Virus record (IMG/VR): IMGVR_UViG_3300028423_000861 | Span: 1-64,000 of that record | Length of the DNA: 64,000 nucleotides | Direction: 5' to 3' (one strand) | Origin: a virus | In this document: in pieces, positions 42,259 to 50,281 of the stretch | Layout of the letters: each line of letters opens with the position of its first letter | How positions within the stretch are numbered: position 1 is the stretch's first letter | The notes under the pieces: model-generated | What the model saw: the letters and a program-made list of their open reading frames with translations, nothing else | Told to the model about the DNA's origin: nothing | Databases searched by the model: none | Translations under genes and position numbers: made by a program

Positions 42259-42467
42259 ATGCCCCTGGCGATGAGAGCTTCTAACATGTATTCTGTGGCC
42301 CTAATATTATACGTATCCTAAATCTATTTATCGATTCATCATCGTCGCATTGTTAAATCCTAATACTTGAGGTTGATGATATTTTCTATTTTATTCTATA
42401 CTAAGTCTAATCTCTGATTGTAACCACTACCGTTTGTATTTCTAAGTTTGATCGCCGGCGTGGACAT
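42259..42467 (-). ncRNA. Putative UAG-rich ncRNA closed by a terminal helix
   Basis: 5' AUGUCC..GGCGAU pairs with 3' AUCGCC..GGGCAU; 11 UAG in the enclosed A-rich loop; follows tRNA-Ala; terminator-like hairpin at ~42201-42236. Confidence 0.55.
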
Positions 42468-42520
42468 CTGATGTTTACTGTTTTACCTGTATGATATAAT
42501 AAACGATCAAACCGAATATA

Positions 42521-42595
42521 TGGTGGAGACTAAGGGAATCGAACCCTTAACTTCGCCGTGCAAAGGCGACGTGTTCCCGTTAGCACCAAGTCCCC
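42521..42595 (-). tRNA. tRNA-Ala(UGC)
   Basis: Cloverleaf, G3:U70 pair, anticodon loop UUUGCAC, encoded CCA. Confidence 0.97.
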
Positions 42596-42646
42596 ATAAC
42601 GTGTTTCTATTTATAACTTAGCACCAATTCACTGTTGTTTCAATCA

Positions 42647-42970
42647 TCAATCTTCATTCAGAGTGTCTTGGTTATCCTGATTATCTGGTTCAGGCAATTC
42701 TCCGGTATCGGCAAAATACTGTAGTGCGGGCAATAACTCTTTAACCATCTTTTGACTAAGGTGCATTCGTGAATGAATGACTGCACCTTCAGGCAATGTA
42801 ACGCTCCTCCATCCTCCATCTATCATCACGTTGATTTCCGGATCTCTTATCCCCAACCAAACAGCATCCAACGTAGCTAAACTGGATTTTTGTAGACTAC
42901 ACTTATTACCATATAAATCGTCAAACTCTGTAATGATAAATCCTCGTTCGGTTTGTCTGGTTTCTTTCAT
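42647..42970 (-). CDS. Hypothetical phage protein
   Basis: FDDLYGNKCSLQKSSLAT..AVWLG...RMHL. Confidence 0.75.
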   Translation of the reverse strand: MKETRQTERGFIITEFDDLYGNKCSLQKSSLATLDAVWLGIRDPEINVMIDGGWRSVTLPEGAVIHSRMHLSQKMVKELLPALQYFADTGELPEPDNQDNQDTLNED

Positions 42971-43401
42971 TAAAACAATTCCAATTCGATTCCAGCTTCC
43001 TTACACATCATACGTGTTGCATCGAAGCTATCACCAAAACGTTCCTTGAGTCCTTCTCCTGGCTCTGTTGTAACAATACGCTTGATGCCAGCTTGAATAA
43101 GAAGTCCTGCGCATGAACTGCATGGGTGTTGTGTAACGTATGCTGTAAACCCTTCAAGAGGCTCTCGTGCGCTGGAAATGGCATTTGCTTCAGCATGTTG
43201 GACGAGCAAATATTTAAGAGAGCGGTCATTATACCGTTCACTATTATCATTTACACCACGGGGAAAACCATTATAGCCTACACTGACTACGATCCGATTA
43301 TGGTTTACAATAACACATCCGACTTTGGTGCTTGGATCTTTTGACCATGCAGCAATATGGTCTGCGAGGTCAAGAAATCTTCTATCCCATTTTGTAATCA
43401 T
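42970..43401 (-). CDS. dCMP deaminase
   Basis: SKDPSTKVG, GYNGFPRG, HAEANA, PCSSC. Confidence 0.95.
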   Translation of the reverse strand: MITKWDRRFLDLADHIAAWSKDPSTKVGCVIVNHNRIVVSVGYNGFPRGVNDNSERYNDRSLKYLLVQHAEANAISSAREPLEGFTAYVTQHPCSSCAGLLIQAGIKRIVTTEPGEGLKERFGDSFDATRMMCKEAGIELELF

Positions 43402-43418
43402 AATTTTCCTGGAAGTTA

Positions 43419-43494
43419 TGGTGCCGGATCAGGGATTCGAACCCCGGACCTTCGCTTTACAAGAGCGCTGCTCTGGCCTCTGAGCTAATCCGGC
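43419..43494 (-). tRNA. tRNA-Thr(UGU)
   Basis: Cloverleaf GCCGGAU.../AUCCGGC-A-CCA; anticodon loop CUUGUAA. Confidence 0.95.
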
Positions 43495-43517
43495 AATGTT
43501 AGTTTATTTATATAAAT

Positions 43518-44198
43518 CTAAATGCTATACTTGAGAATGTCAAGTGCTTGGTTGTATTCATCGCGCTTTTTTTGTTTTTCTTCTTCAGTCAAAAGAGGAG
43601 CGCCAAATTCATAGTGATTAAGTTGGTCGGTATCAATATCAAAGAACTTCACACCTTGCTTGAAATGATCATATGTGAGGCCTTCCTGGTAATCCACATG
43701 CAACAGCTTCCATTCAACATTGCGTTCTAGGCGATTGCGGTTGCCGTCACTGTTGCTATCTGGCCCCCAGAATTCGTTTAGCCAAGTCAATCCTGGATCA
43801 TCATCAATAATTAGTGCACGACTGTTTTCTGGCAAATAGTCTTCAACATGTGTAGCAACGTCGTGAACTCTTTCCGAAGTAAGACCTCTCTTAACACAAG
43901 TTGGCTGATCTGCATATTTGAATTCCAATCCTTGATCATCAAACATTTGTTGAATACGTTCAATACTAACCCAGGACCTCCAATTGGTAACGAGAACAAT
44001 TTCTGCATCGCCATATTTTGCTAAGAGGTTGTGTGCACGGACCGAGAATGGGTCAAATATTGGCTGCACTTCATCCAATATTTCTTCAAGAGGACCCATG
44101 TCGCTGAATCGATCAATGAACCGCCTGTTTTCCGGAAAAAGGTAAGATTTTCCTGGAAGGAGAGGTCCATCGATGTCAATAAACATGAAGTTTTTCAT
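43518..44198 (-). CDS. HAD domain protein (HAD_SAK RNA-repair-like)
   Basis: FIDIDGPL, IVLVTNWR, IIDDD, EGLT; true start MKNF after the tRNA. Confidence 0.8.
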   Translation of the reverse strand: MKNFMFIDIDGPLLPGKSYLFPENRRFIDRFSDMGPLEEILDEVQPIFDPFSVRAHNLLAKYGDAEIVLVTNWRSWVSIERIQQMFDDQGLEFKYADQPTCVKRGLTSERVHDVATHVEDYLPENSRALIIDDDPGLTWLNEFWGPDSNSDGNRNRLERNVEWKLLHVDYQEGLTYDHFKQGVKFFDIDTDQLNHYEFGAPLLTEEEKQKKRDEYNQALDILKYSI

Positions 44199-44209
44199 AT
44201 ATTGTCCTT

Positions 44210-44285
44210 TGGTGCCCCATGTGGGATTTGAACCCACGCACTCAAGATTTTAGAGATCCTGGCTCTACCGCTGAGCTAATGGGGC
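44210..44285 (-). tRNA. Amber suppressor tRNA (anticodon CUA)
   Basis: GCCCCAU UA GCUC AGCGGUA GAGC C AGGAU CUCUAAA AUCUU GAGUGC GUGGG UUCAAAU CCCAC AUGGGGC A CCA; 76 nt. Confidence 0.9.
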
Positions 44286-44575
44286 TTGATAAGTTTTCTT
44301 TATATTAGCAGGAATTTTCTCACAGTCAACAACTACAAAGTAACCACGAAAAGGTTGCCCTCCAACAGCATAGCATATATCAGTTCGAGCGTCATGATAA
44401 TATCGAATATTTTTGACTACGCTACGAGTATGGTTATCTCGAGCTTCTTCCATGCCACCAGGTTCTTGGTTATAAATTGAATCGTATGTTTCATATGCTA
44501 CATACATACAAACAACAAAGGTCATTGTCATTATTGCAATTAAAAAGAAGTTTGCAAATCTTTCTTCATCAATTT

Positions 44576-45541
44576 TCATAGTAAAATTACAATCAACCAC
44601 CAGTATGCTGGAATGCCCAACACGATATTAAGAGGAAAAGTAATTGCCATGCTCATTGTTAGATACTTTGCTGGATTTGCTTCAGGCATTGCGTCTTTGA
44701 GCAAAGCAGGCGCTACAATATAACTAGAGCTAGCACAAAGAATAGTCAAAAGCAAAGCACTGCCGGGTGTAAGACCGAACAACACAGCACCAGCTAGGCC
44801 CAAGAGACCGTTTACAATAGGCGCAACAATTGCAAACAACACGAGAGCGGGATCAAAACCATCAATCTCACGCAATTTTTGACCAATAACAGTGCCCATA
44901 TAGAACAAGAAAAAGATCAGCATTCCAGTAAAAACATCGCCTGCGATCCAGGCTGTGAGCATGTTTTCTGGATTGCCCATGACCATAAGCAAGTAACCGA
45001 TCACCATACTGCCTACCAGAGTTAGCAATGTCCCATCACTAAGAGCTCTTTTGGTCAATGCCCAAGTGCTGGTTCCTTGGTTGTTTTCATATCGTCTTGC
45101 AAGCAAGATTGCAAAAATAATAGCAGGTGTTTCCATCAATACAAGAGCTACCGTCATATAACCTCCATAAGCAACCCCAATGCTAGATAGGAATGCAGCG
45201 GCAGTAATAAAGGTAAGTGTGGAATTTGATCCGTATGTTGCACCAATAGCTGCGGCATCAAAAATTCCAAATTTTGATTTGAGTAAAAAGAATGCATATA
45301 AAGGAACAACGGCACTCATTACAATAACTATTGCCACTGCGGCAAACCCACTACCAAACAGTGGTGATGTATACAATGCAACACCACCCTTGAAACCAAT
45401 AGCCATCATCAAATAGAGTGTAATAAATTTTACAATACTTTCGGGTATTTCTAAGTTAGAATGGACTAACATGGCCAAAACACCCAGAATAAAAAACATT
45501 ACTCCTGGATTAAATAGGGTAGACAAAAAAGCTAGTTCCAT
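44576..45541 (-). CDS. sbtA: Sodium-dependent bicarbonate transporter family permease (SbtA/DUF897)
   Basis: LYLMMAIGFKGG, AAAIGATYGS..TF, LMETPAII, ASSSYIVAP, SMAITFPLNIVLGIP. Confidence 0.92.
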   Translation of the reverse strand: MELAFLSTLFNPGVMFFILGVLAMLVHSNLEIPESIVKFITLYLMMAIGFKGGVALYTSPLFGSGFAAVAIVIVMSAVVPLYAFFLLKSKFGIFDAAAIGATYGSNSTLTFITAAAFLSSIGVAYGGYMTVALVLMETPAIIFAILLARRYENNQGTSTWALTKRALSDGTLLTLVGSMVIGYLLMVMGNPENMLTAWIAGDVFTGMLIFFLFYMGTVIGQKLREIDGFDPALVLFAIVAPIVNGLLGLAGAVLFGLTPGSALLLTILCASSSYIVAPALLKDAMPEANPAKYLTMSMAITFPLNIVLGIPAYWWLIVILL

Positions 45542-45559
45542 AATAGTCCTCTTAAAATA

Positions 45560-45950
45560 ATAGTGCCGGTTGCTGCTGCCGGCGCCAGACGTTTCGCCTC
45601 TGGCAGCTTGGGAGGTGTGTGCGCGTCCCTTTTACTTTAATGGCCTTCACTAAAAATCAAATAATTTTTTGTGCCATCCAACACGTTCTTATAGGCGACG
45701 CAGTTCGCGGCATTTGCGGAATCTTTCTGATACTGCCTGGGAAAGGCAGCGCCCCACTGTGCTTGATGACCTCACCAGTCAAGCCCCTTCTAATCCGCGG
45801 CCTTTGTTACCGGTTACTGATCCGGCGCCAGATTTACACCCTGGCAGATCCTATCACGGGTGGTGAGTTGGATTAGACGTCGGTATTATAAAAGCCCCGC
45901 GCCATTGCTCGTTAATCAGGTCTTCGTCCAACTCCGAGCCTGATGTTTTT
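45560..45950 (-). ncRNA. Highly structured GC-rich RNA in the sbtA leader, with a duplicated module
   Basis: Multiple stems, complementary loops, two copies of CUGCCAG..UCUGGCGCCGG..CAGYAACCGG. Confidence 0.6.
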
Positions 45951-45963
45951 TTCTTAGAGCGGC

Positions 45964-46143
45964 TTATCCTAGAAAAGTATCGATAATTCTTAACCAGAGT
46001 TCAAAACATCCCCATACCCATAGTGCTGGGAGGAAGAATATAAGAAATAGTGCAGCAACAATTGGTTGTCTTACAAAACAATAATAACCGCCCCAAACTG
46101 TGGGAACGATGAATATTAAGAATAGGATTAAAATTTCAAGCAT
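45964..46143 (-). CDS. Small membrane protein (59 aa), probably leaderless
   Basis: Manual translation MLEILILFLIFIVPTVWGGYYCFVRQPIVAALFLIFFLPALWVWGCFELWLRIIDTFLG; TTGACT promoter just upstream. Confidence 0.6.
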   Translation of the reverse strand: MLEILILFLIFIVPTVWGGYYCFVRQPIVAALFLIFFLPALWVWGCFELWLRIIDTFLG

Positions 46144-46174
46144 GATTAATTAATAACAAATATTACGTGCAAAG

Positions 46175-47368
46175 TCAATCAATTATTCCAAGCAAACGCA
46201 ATTCTTCTTCCTCTTGTTCTTGTCTGGTTCGCATGTTTACCTCCAACAAGAATTCCTCGTCTTCTTTGCGTTGCCTGTGTTCGCGCATGTCAAAATGTTT
46301 GACTGCACCGGAACCCGACATAAATTTGACATCCGCTGATCCACCAGTTGATTTCTTTTTCTGATGAACATATCTTGCTTTGGGTCCGGGTTTTATCTTG
46401 TAATTGCCTAAACCTAGCATGTCATTTAGGAACAAATGATCTTCCAACTCGGCAATTTCTCTTGCTGTTGTTCCTTGATCGAATACATTTGGAAGTTCAA
46501 GTTCGATAGGTTCTAGTGGTGGATTGTTTGCAACAACAATTTCGCCATCTGGTTTATCTCTATAAACAACTGTTACATGTCCACGACCGTCAATTCCAAT
46601 CGTGCCTTTTGAAAGGTGATCAAGCTTGTTGAGTTTTTCTTGCTCAACTCGATCCAGCATGTCCTGGACTTTTTTAAGGTAGTCCATGGGCTGGAAATAG
46701 TCATCCGGGTCAAATTTAGGTGGTTCAAACGTAGTGGTTTGAGCAGGACGACGTCGTGGAATACGTGCCCCGCCACGTCCAAATTCCAATCCTTTTGTTT
46801 CAAGACCGGCCTCACCATCAATAATTAGGCCGCCTTGTGTACCGTCACCAGTTGTAAATGTGACGTTTATATTTCCTTGTCCGTCTGTTACAATTCCGCC
46901 AGTTGAAATGTAATTGAATGATATAACTTCGAATGCATCGCCATCAATAATTGGGCCGCCAGAACCTATATGATATCTAATTGTATTGACACTTGCTGAA
47001 CCACCAAGTGATATATTAGAATCAACAACAGGTGTTACGCTGTAATCAATATCAGCCTGGCCGCCAATTAACACACCGCCTGTGCCAGCAAACAATGGAC
47101 TAAATGTGATCAGTCCAGAACCGTCAGTAATTAATCCGCCTGTTCCTGAGAATCGGAATGCATAATATGCATCTGCAACACCGCCAATAACAAGGCCACC
47201 ACCCTCTACACCAGCATTAACGCCTTGCACAATAATAGCTTCGCCACCAAAAACAAGATCGCCAAGAATAGGCTCAATAAAACCTTGCGTGGATATACCC
47301 AGTCCGTCAGGACTAGATATACCCTGTGTTGCAATATCTCTGGAAGTTCCCTTCTTTCCGTCGACCAT
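46175..47368 (-). CDS. Putative virion protein with Gly-rich repeats and charged C-terminus
   Basis: Repeated G(S/T)GG(L/V/P)I(I/T)(D/G)G units. Confidence 0.6.
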   Translation of the reverse strand: MVDGKKGTSRDIATQGISSPDGLGISTQGFIEPILGDLVFGGEAIIVQGVNAGVEGGGLVIGGVADAYYAFRFSGTGGLITDGSGLITFSPLFAGTGGVLIGGQADIDYSVTPVVDSNISLGGSASVNTIRYHIGSGGPIIDGDAFEVISFNYISTGGIVTDGQGNINVTFTTGDGTQGGLIIDGEAGLETKGLEFGRGGARIPRRRPAQTTTFEPPKFDPDDYFQPMDYLKKVQDMLDRVEQEKLNKLDHLSKGTIGIDGRGHVTVVYRDKPDGEIVVANNPPLEPIELELPNVFDQGTTAREIAELEDHLFLNDMLGLGNYKIKPGPKARYVHQKKKSTGGSADVKFMSGSGAVKHFDMREHRQRKEDEEFLLEVNMRTRQEQEEEELRLLGIID

Positions 47369-47980
47369 TTAATTGGTCCTTGTTACGGTAACATCACCAT
47401 CACCATTATCAGTAATTGTTTGTTGAATATCAGCTGCATTACGTGAAGTAGATGTAACATTGAGGGGGTTGTTTACATCCAAGCCATGTATTTTCCAAAC
47501 TTCGTCAATTTGAAGAACACTGTCAATACCAAGTTCAGCACCAATCTGACGGCCACCTTCAACGAGTGTAGATGTATTGAAGTTAACGGTGATCTTGTGT
47601 TCGCCTTCGCTGGGCAGAACAGGGTCATCACCTTCACGTGTGAACACGTTGCCAGTGATTGTAAGAATGTGGTCACCTTCCCAACTACGAATCCTCCATC
47701 CATTTTCCAAGAAGAATGTTGAACCTAGGATTCGATTACCTGGCAACGGGTCACCACCAATAACACTTATAGCTTCTTCATATTTTGCATTTTCAGCAGA
47801 AAGCAACCATTCTTTCCAGTTAGAATATACATCTACACGGAAATCGATTTCTGTTTCACCATCATTAATCAAAATAAGCTTGTTGGGACCGTCAAAGGTA
47901 ACTTTCTGGCCACCGTATGTACCACTTTCAGGATCATAAGCTTCCCAGAAGGTCCAATTTGCAAAATATAGTGATAACAC
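47369..47980 (-). CDS. Putative virion structural protein
   Basis: VTFDGPNKLI...DVYSNWKEW...GGDP...FFLENGWRI; located in late cluster. Confidence 0.65.
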   Translation of the reverse strand: MLSLYFANWTFWEAYDPESGTYGGQKVTFDGPNKLILINDGETEIDFRVDVYSNWKEWLLSAENAKYEEAISVIGGDPLPGNRILGSTFFLENGWRIRSWEGDHILTITGNVFTREGDDPVLPSEGEHKITVNFNTSTLVEGGRQIGAELGIDSVLQIDEVWKIHGLDVNNPLNVTSTSRNAADIQQTITDNGDGDVTVTRTN

Positions 47981-47992
47981 GTCGTTACTCGC

Positions 47993-49627
47993 TTATAATA
48001 GTATTTCTTCCCAATTGATCGCAGCTATTACATCTGCATTGGTCCCCCCCAAGACTTCTACCGTTATAGTAAACACTATACCTGTAGCATTATCGCCTTT
48101 AAGAAATGCTTCAAAACTATGCAGATCTCTTGGTGCAATGTCTTGCACAAATTCAGTTTTATCAGCAGAAACAAAAAGTGTTACTATTTGATGTAATTTA
48201 TTTGGATCAATCGAAGTTGATGATGTATCTAACTCAGCAATACTGTTCGGTTTATGACTCGTAAAATTATGACCAGTTAAGCCATCCGTTGTTCCCGCCC
48301 GCAGCCTAAATGCTACAGGTGCCCCTCCTGTATTTGTTATATTTGCCAATGAAATACTTGTTCCTCTGATTAGTGAGCTGTTTAAAATTCCATTCATTGT
48401 GACTTTTGGTCGTATAGATATGAGTGGTACCTCACCAGAAGATGTCTGTATTGTTTGAACTGTATTATTGGATGATGAATGTTTGTCACCTCCTATTTTA
48501 ACACCAGAAGAATGTTTCACGCTTGCACATACAAATCTTATTTCACTAGAACTGGCTGCGGCTGATGTATTCTCTTGTTCCACTCTTATAGGTAGAGTTG
48601 CTGTTCTCATATATGGAAATTCAGCAGTGGGATCGTTTGCATTTTCGATTATGTGGGCAGTAATCCTAGAGCCACCAGGTTCAACAATACCAAAACGAAT
48701 ACGTCCTGAACCCAACCACTGTAAATCGATCCAATAGATATTCGGCGCGGTGGGATCTAACTCAAAACCAATACTATCACGTCCATCTAGAGAATCTTTA
48801 TTCCATTGATCTTGAGGAATTCTTGTTTCAATAATTGAGCCAGAAACACTTGAACGTAAAACAATATTTAATTGTGTTCCGTCTAACTCCCAATAAACAC
48901 CATCATTGTCATTATAATATCCCCAACGGCGGCGGACACCGTTCTTACCAGAATCTCCACAACGTATTGAGAATTCTGCTACATGCCCTACGCCAGGAAC
49001 ATATGGGTGATTAAAATGGCTTGTTCTTTTTGCAAGATCACCAGATGCGGTTCCGTTTGATAACAATACTGTACCGGAAGCAGTTTCATAGCCCACCGTT
49101 GCTCCGCCAACTTCTTGATCATAAAATAAATCTGGCCTGCTATCGTATGCAAAACGATAATCTTTAATACTCTGTGGCTCACCAACAGACATTGTTCCAA
49201 ACGAACCAAAAACAGGAGAACCATCAGTGAAGGTATTTAATGTTGCACCAAAACGGTCAATTCTTTGTTGGAAACTTGGATTCTCCGGATCTGTTATAAC
49301 CATGTTTTGGTAATCATATTCATGTCCGGGATAAGCAGTTGTGATATTAACAGATGCTTGTGTAACATTGTTTATTTCTAGATTTTCGTTATTTTCAAAA
49401 GTTCCATTAACTTCTTTAAGCCATATGAGTCCGGTATTTGGTGCAAACCCTTCCGTAACTTCAGATGTGATAATGCCTGATGCTCCAGAAGTTGCTCCAG
49501 TAACAGTACTTCCTATTCCAAAACTTCCGGTTTTATTGTCATACTGTATGAGAACTCTAGCAACAGTTGAAATTCTTTTACCTGTGCTTTGTGGTGGCAC
49601 TCTTACAAATGATGCTCCATGACTCAT
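47993..49627 (-). CDS. Putative tail/virion structural protein
   Basis: beta-rich; IYWIDLQWLGSGRIRFG...YMRTATLPIR.E; ATAAATA upstream. Confidence 0.65.
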   Translation of the reverse strand: MSHGASFVRVPPQSTGKRISTVARVLIQYDNKTGSFGIGSTVTGATSGASGIITSEVTEGFAPNTGLIWLKEVNGTFENNENLEINNVTQASVNITTAYPGHEYDYQNMVITDPENPSFQQRIDRFGATLNTFTDGSPVFGSFGTMSVGEPQSIKDYRFAYDSRPDLFYDQEVGGATVGYETASGTVLLSNGTASGDLAKRTSHFNHPYVPGVGHVAEFSIRCGDSGKNGVRRRWGYYNDNDGVYWELDGTQLNIVLRSSVSGSIIETRIPQDQWNKDSLDGRDSIGFELDPTAPNIYWIDLQWLGSGRIRFGIVEPGGSRITAHIIENANDPTAEFPYMRTATLPIRVEQENTSAAASSSEIRFVCASVKHSSGVKIGGDKHSSSNNTVQTIQTSSGEVPLISIRPKVTMNGILNSSLIRGTSISLANITNTGGAPVAFRLRAGTTDGLTGHNFTSHKPNSIAELDTSSTSIDPNKLHQIVTLFVSADKTEFVQDIAPRDLHSFEAFLKGDNATGIVFTITVEVLGGTNADVIAAINWEEILL

Positions 49628-49675
49628 TGATTAATCCTTTTTATATCATTCGAGTTATTTATCCGGTAAATATAA

Positions 49676-50281
49676 TTGATGTTTTACCGTGACCCCAATA
49701 ACCGCTTGGGCTACATGCCCGTTCCAAAAAATGCAAGTTCTACTCATAGTGCCTTTTTTCAAAAAAACGGCTGGACGAGAGAGGATGAGTTTGATAAACA
49801 TGTAGATTTGTTTAGTCATATTCAGGATCCCTGGAAGAGATTCAAGAAAGGCATGGCTCAGCTTGCTTGGATTAATAATGAGCGCAATTTCACTGCGGTC
49901 AGAAAAGGTCCATTTTTTAAGATGATCTTTTTTAATCCACACATCATGCCTATCAGTATGCAATTTAGCGAAGTTGTCGATCGAGTTCATTTCATTCCCA
50001 TTGATTCAAGACATTCAACCGAAGAGCTAACCAATCACTGGCTTAGAGAAAAAGGAGTAGATCTTGAAATCAGTCGTAACGATCGAAAACACGAGGCAAA
50101 TGTTCGTAAACGTGCTTATCAAGTTGAAACTGATGAATATTTTGAAACTCACTATTCTTATAAACGATATGTTCTTGAATTACACGAGCGTGATTTTGAA
50201 TTGTGGCGTGCAGCACATCGTTACTATGAATTACCTGAGCCAAAAACCAACTGGCTTCAGAAATTTCTGAAACGAATTTGA
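49676..50281 (+). CDS. Sulfotransferase-family protein
   Basis: MPVPKNASST (PSB-loop-like), QDPWKRF, PHIMP, RDFELW. Confidence 0.7.
   Translation: MMFYRDPNNRLGYMPVPKNASSTHSAFFQKNGWTREDEFDKHVDLFSHIQDPWKRFKKGMAQLAWINNERNFTAVRKGPFFKMIFFNPHIMPISMQFSEVVDRVHFIPIDSRHSTEELTNHWLREKGVDLEISRNDRKHEANVRKRAYQVETDEYFETHYSYKRYVLELHERDFELWRAAHRYYELPEPKTNWLQKFLKRI

Noticed and set aside
42281-42444. TRAP-binding site (11 UAG repeats)
   Set aside because: TRAP needs triplets spaced by about 2-3 nt and is a Bacillota protein; spacing here is irregular and mostly much longer.
43518-44237. ORF-track start MGSNPTWGTK
   Set aside because: This is the tRNA T-arm read as protein; the real start is MKNF at 44198 after an AAGGA RBS.
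44210-44285. Reading this tRNA as Arg(UCU)
   Set aside because: Centering UCU in the loop destroys the anticodon stem; only the CUA register pairs.
45560-45630. HDV-like/theta ribozyme, because CUGGCGCCGGC matches part of the HDV ribozyme
   Set aside because: No upstream P1 partner strand or J4/2 catalytic segment could be placed, and no such fold follows the 3' end of the suppressor tRNA.
45619-45876. Plus-strand ORFs 45619-45876 and 45669-45866
   Set aside because: No RBS and atypical composition; better explained as GC-rich structured RNA on the minus strand.
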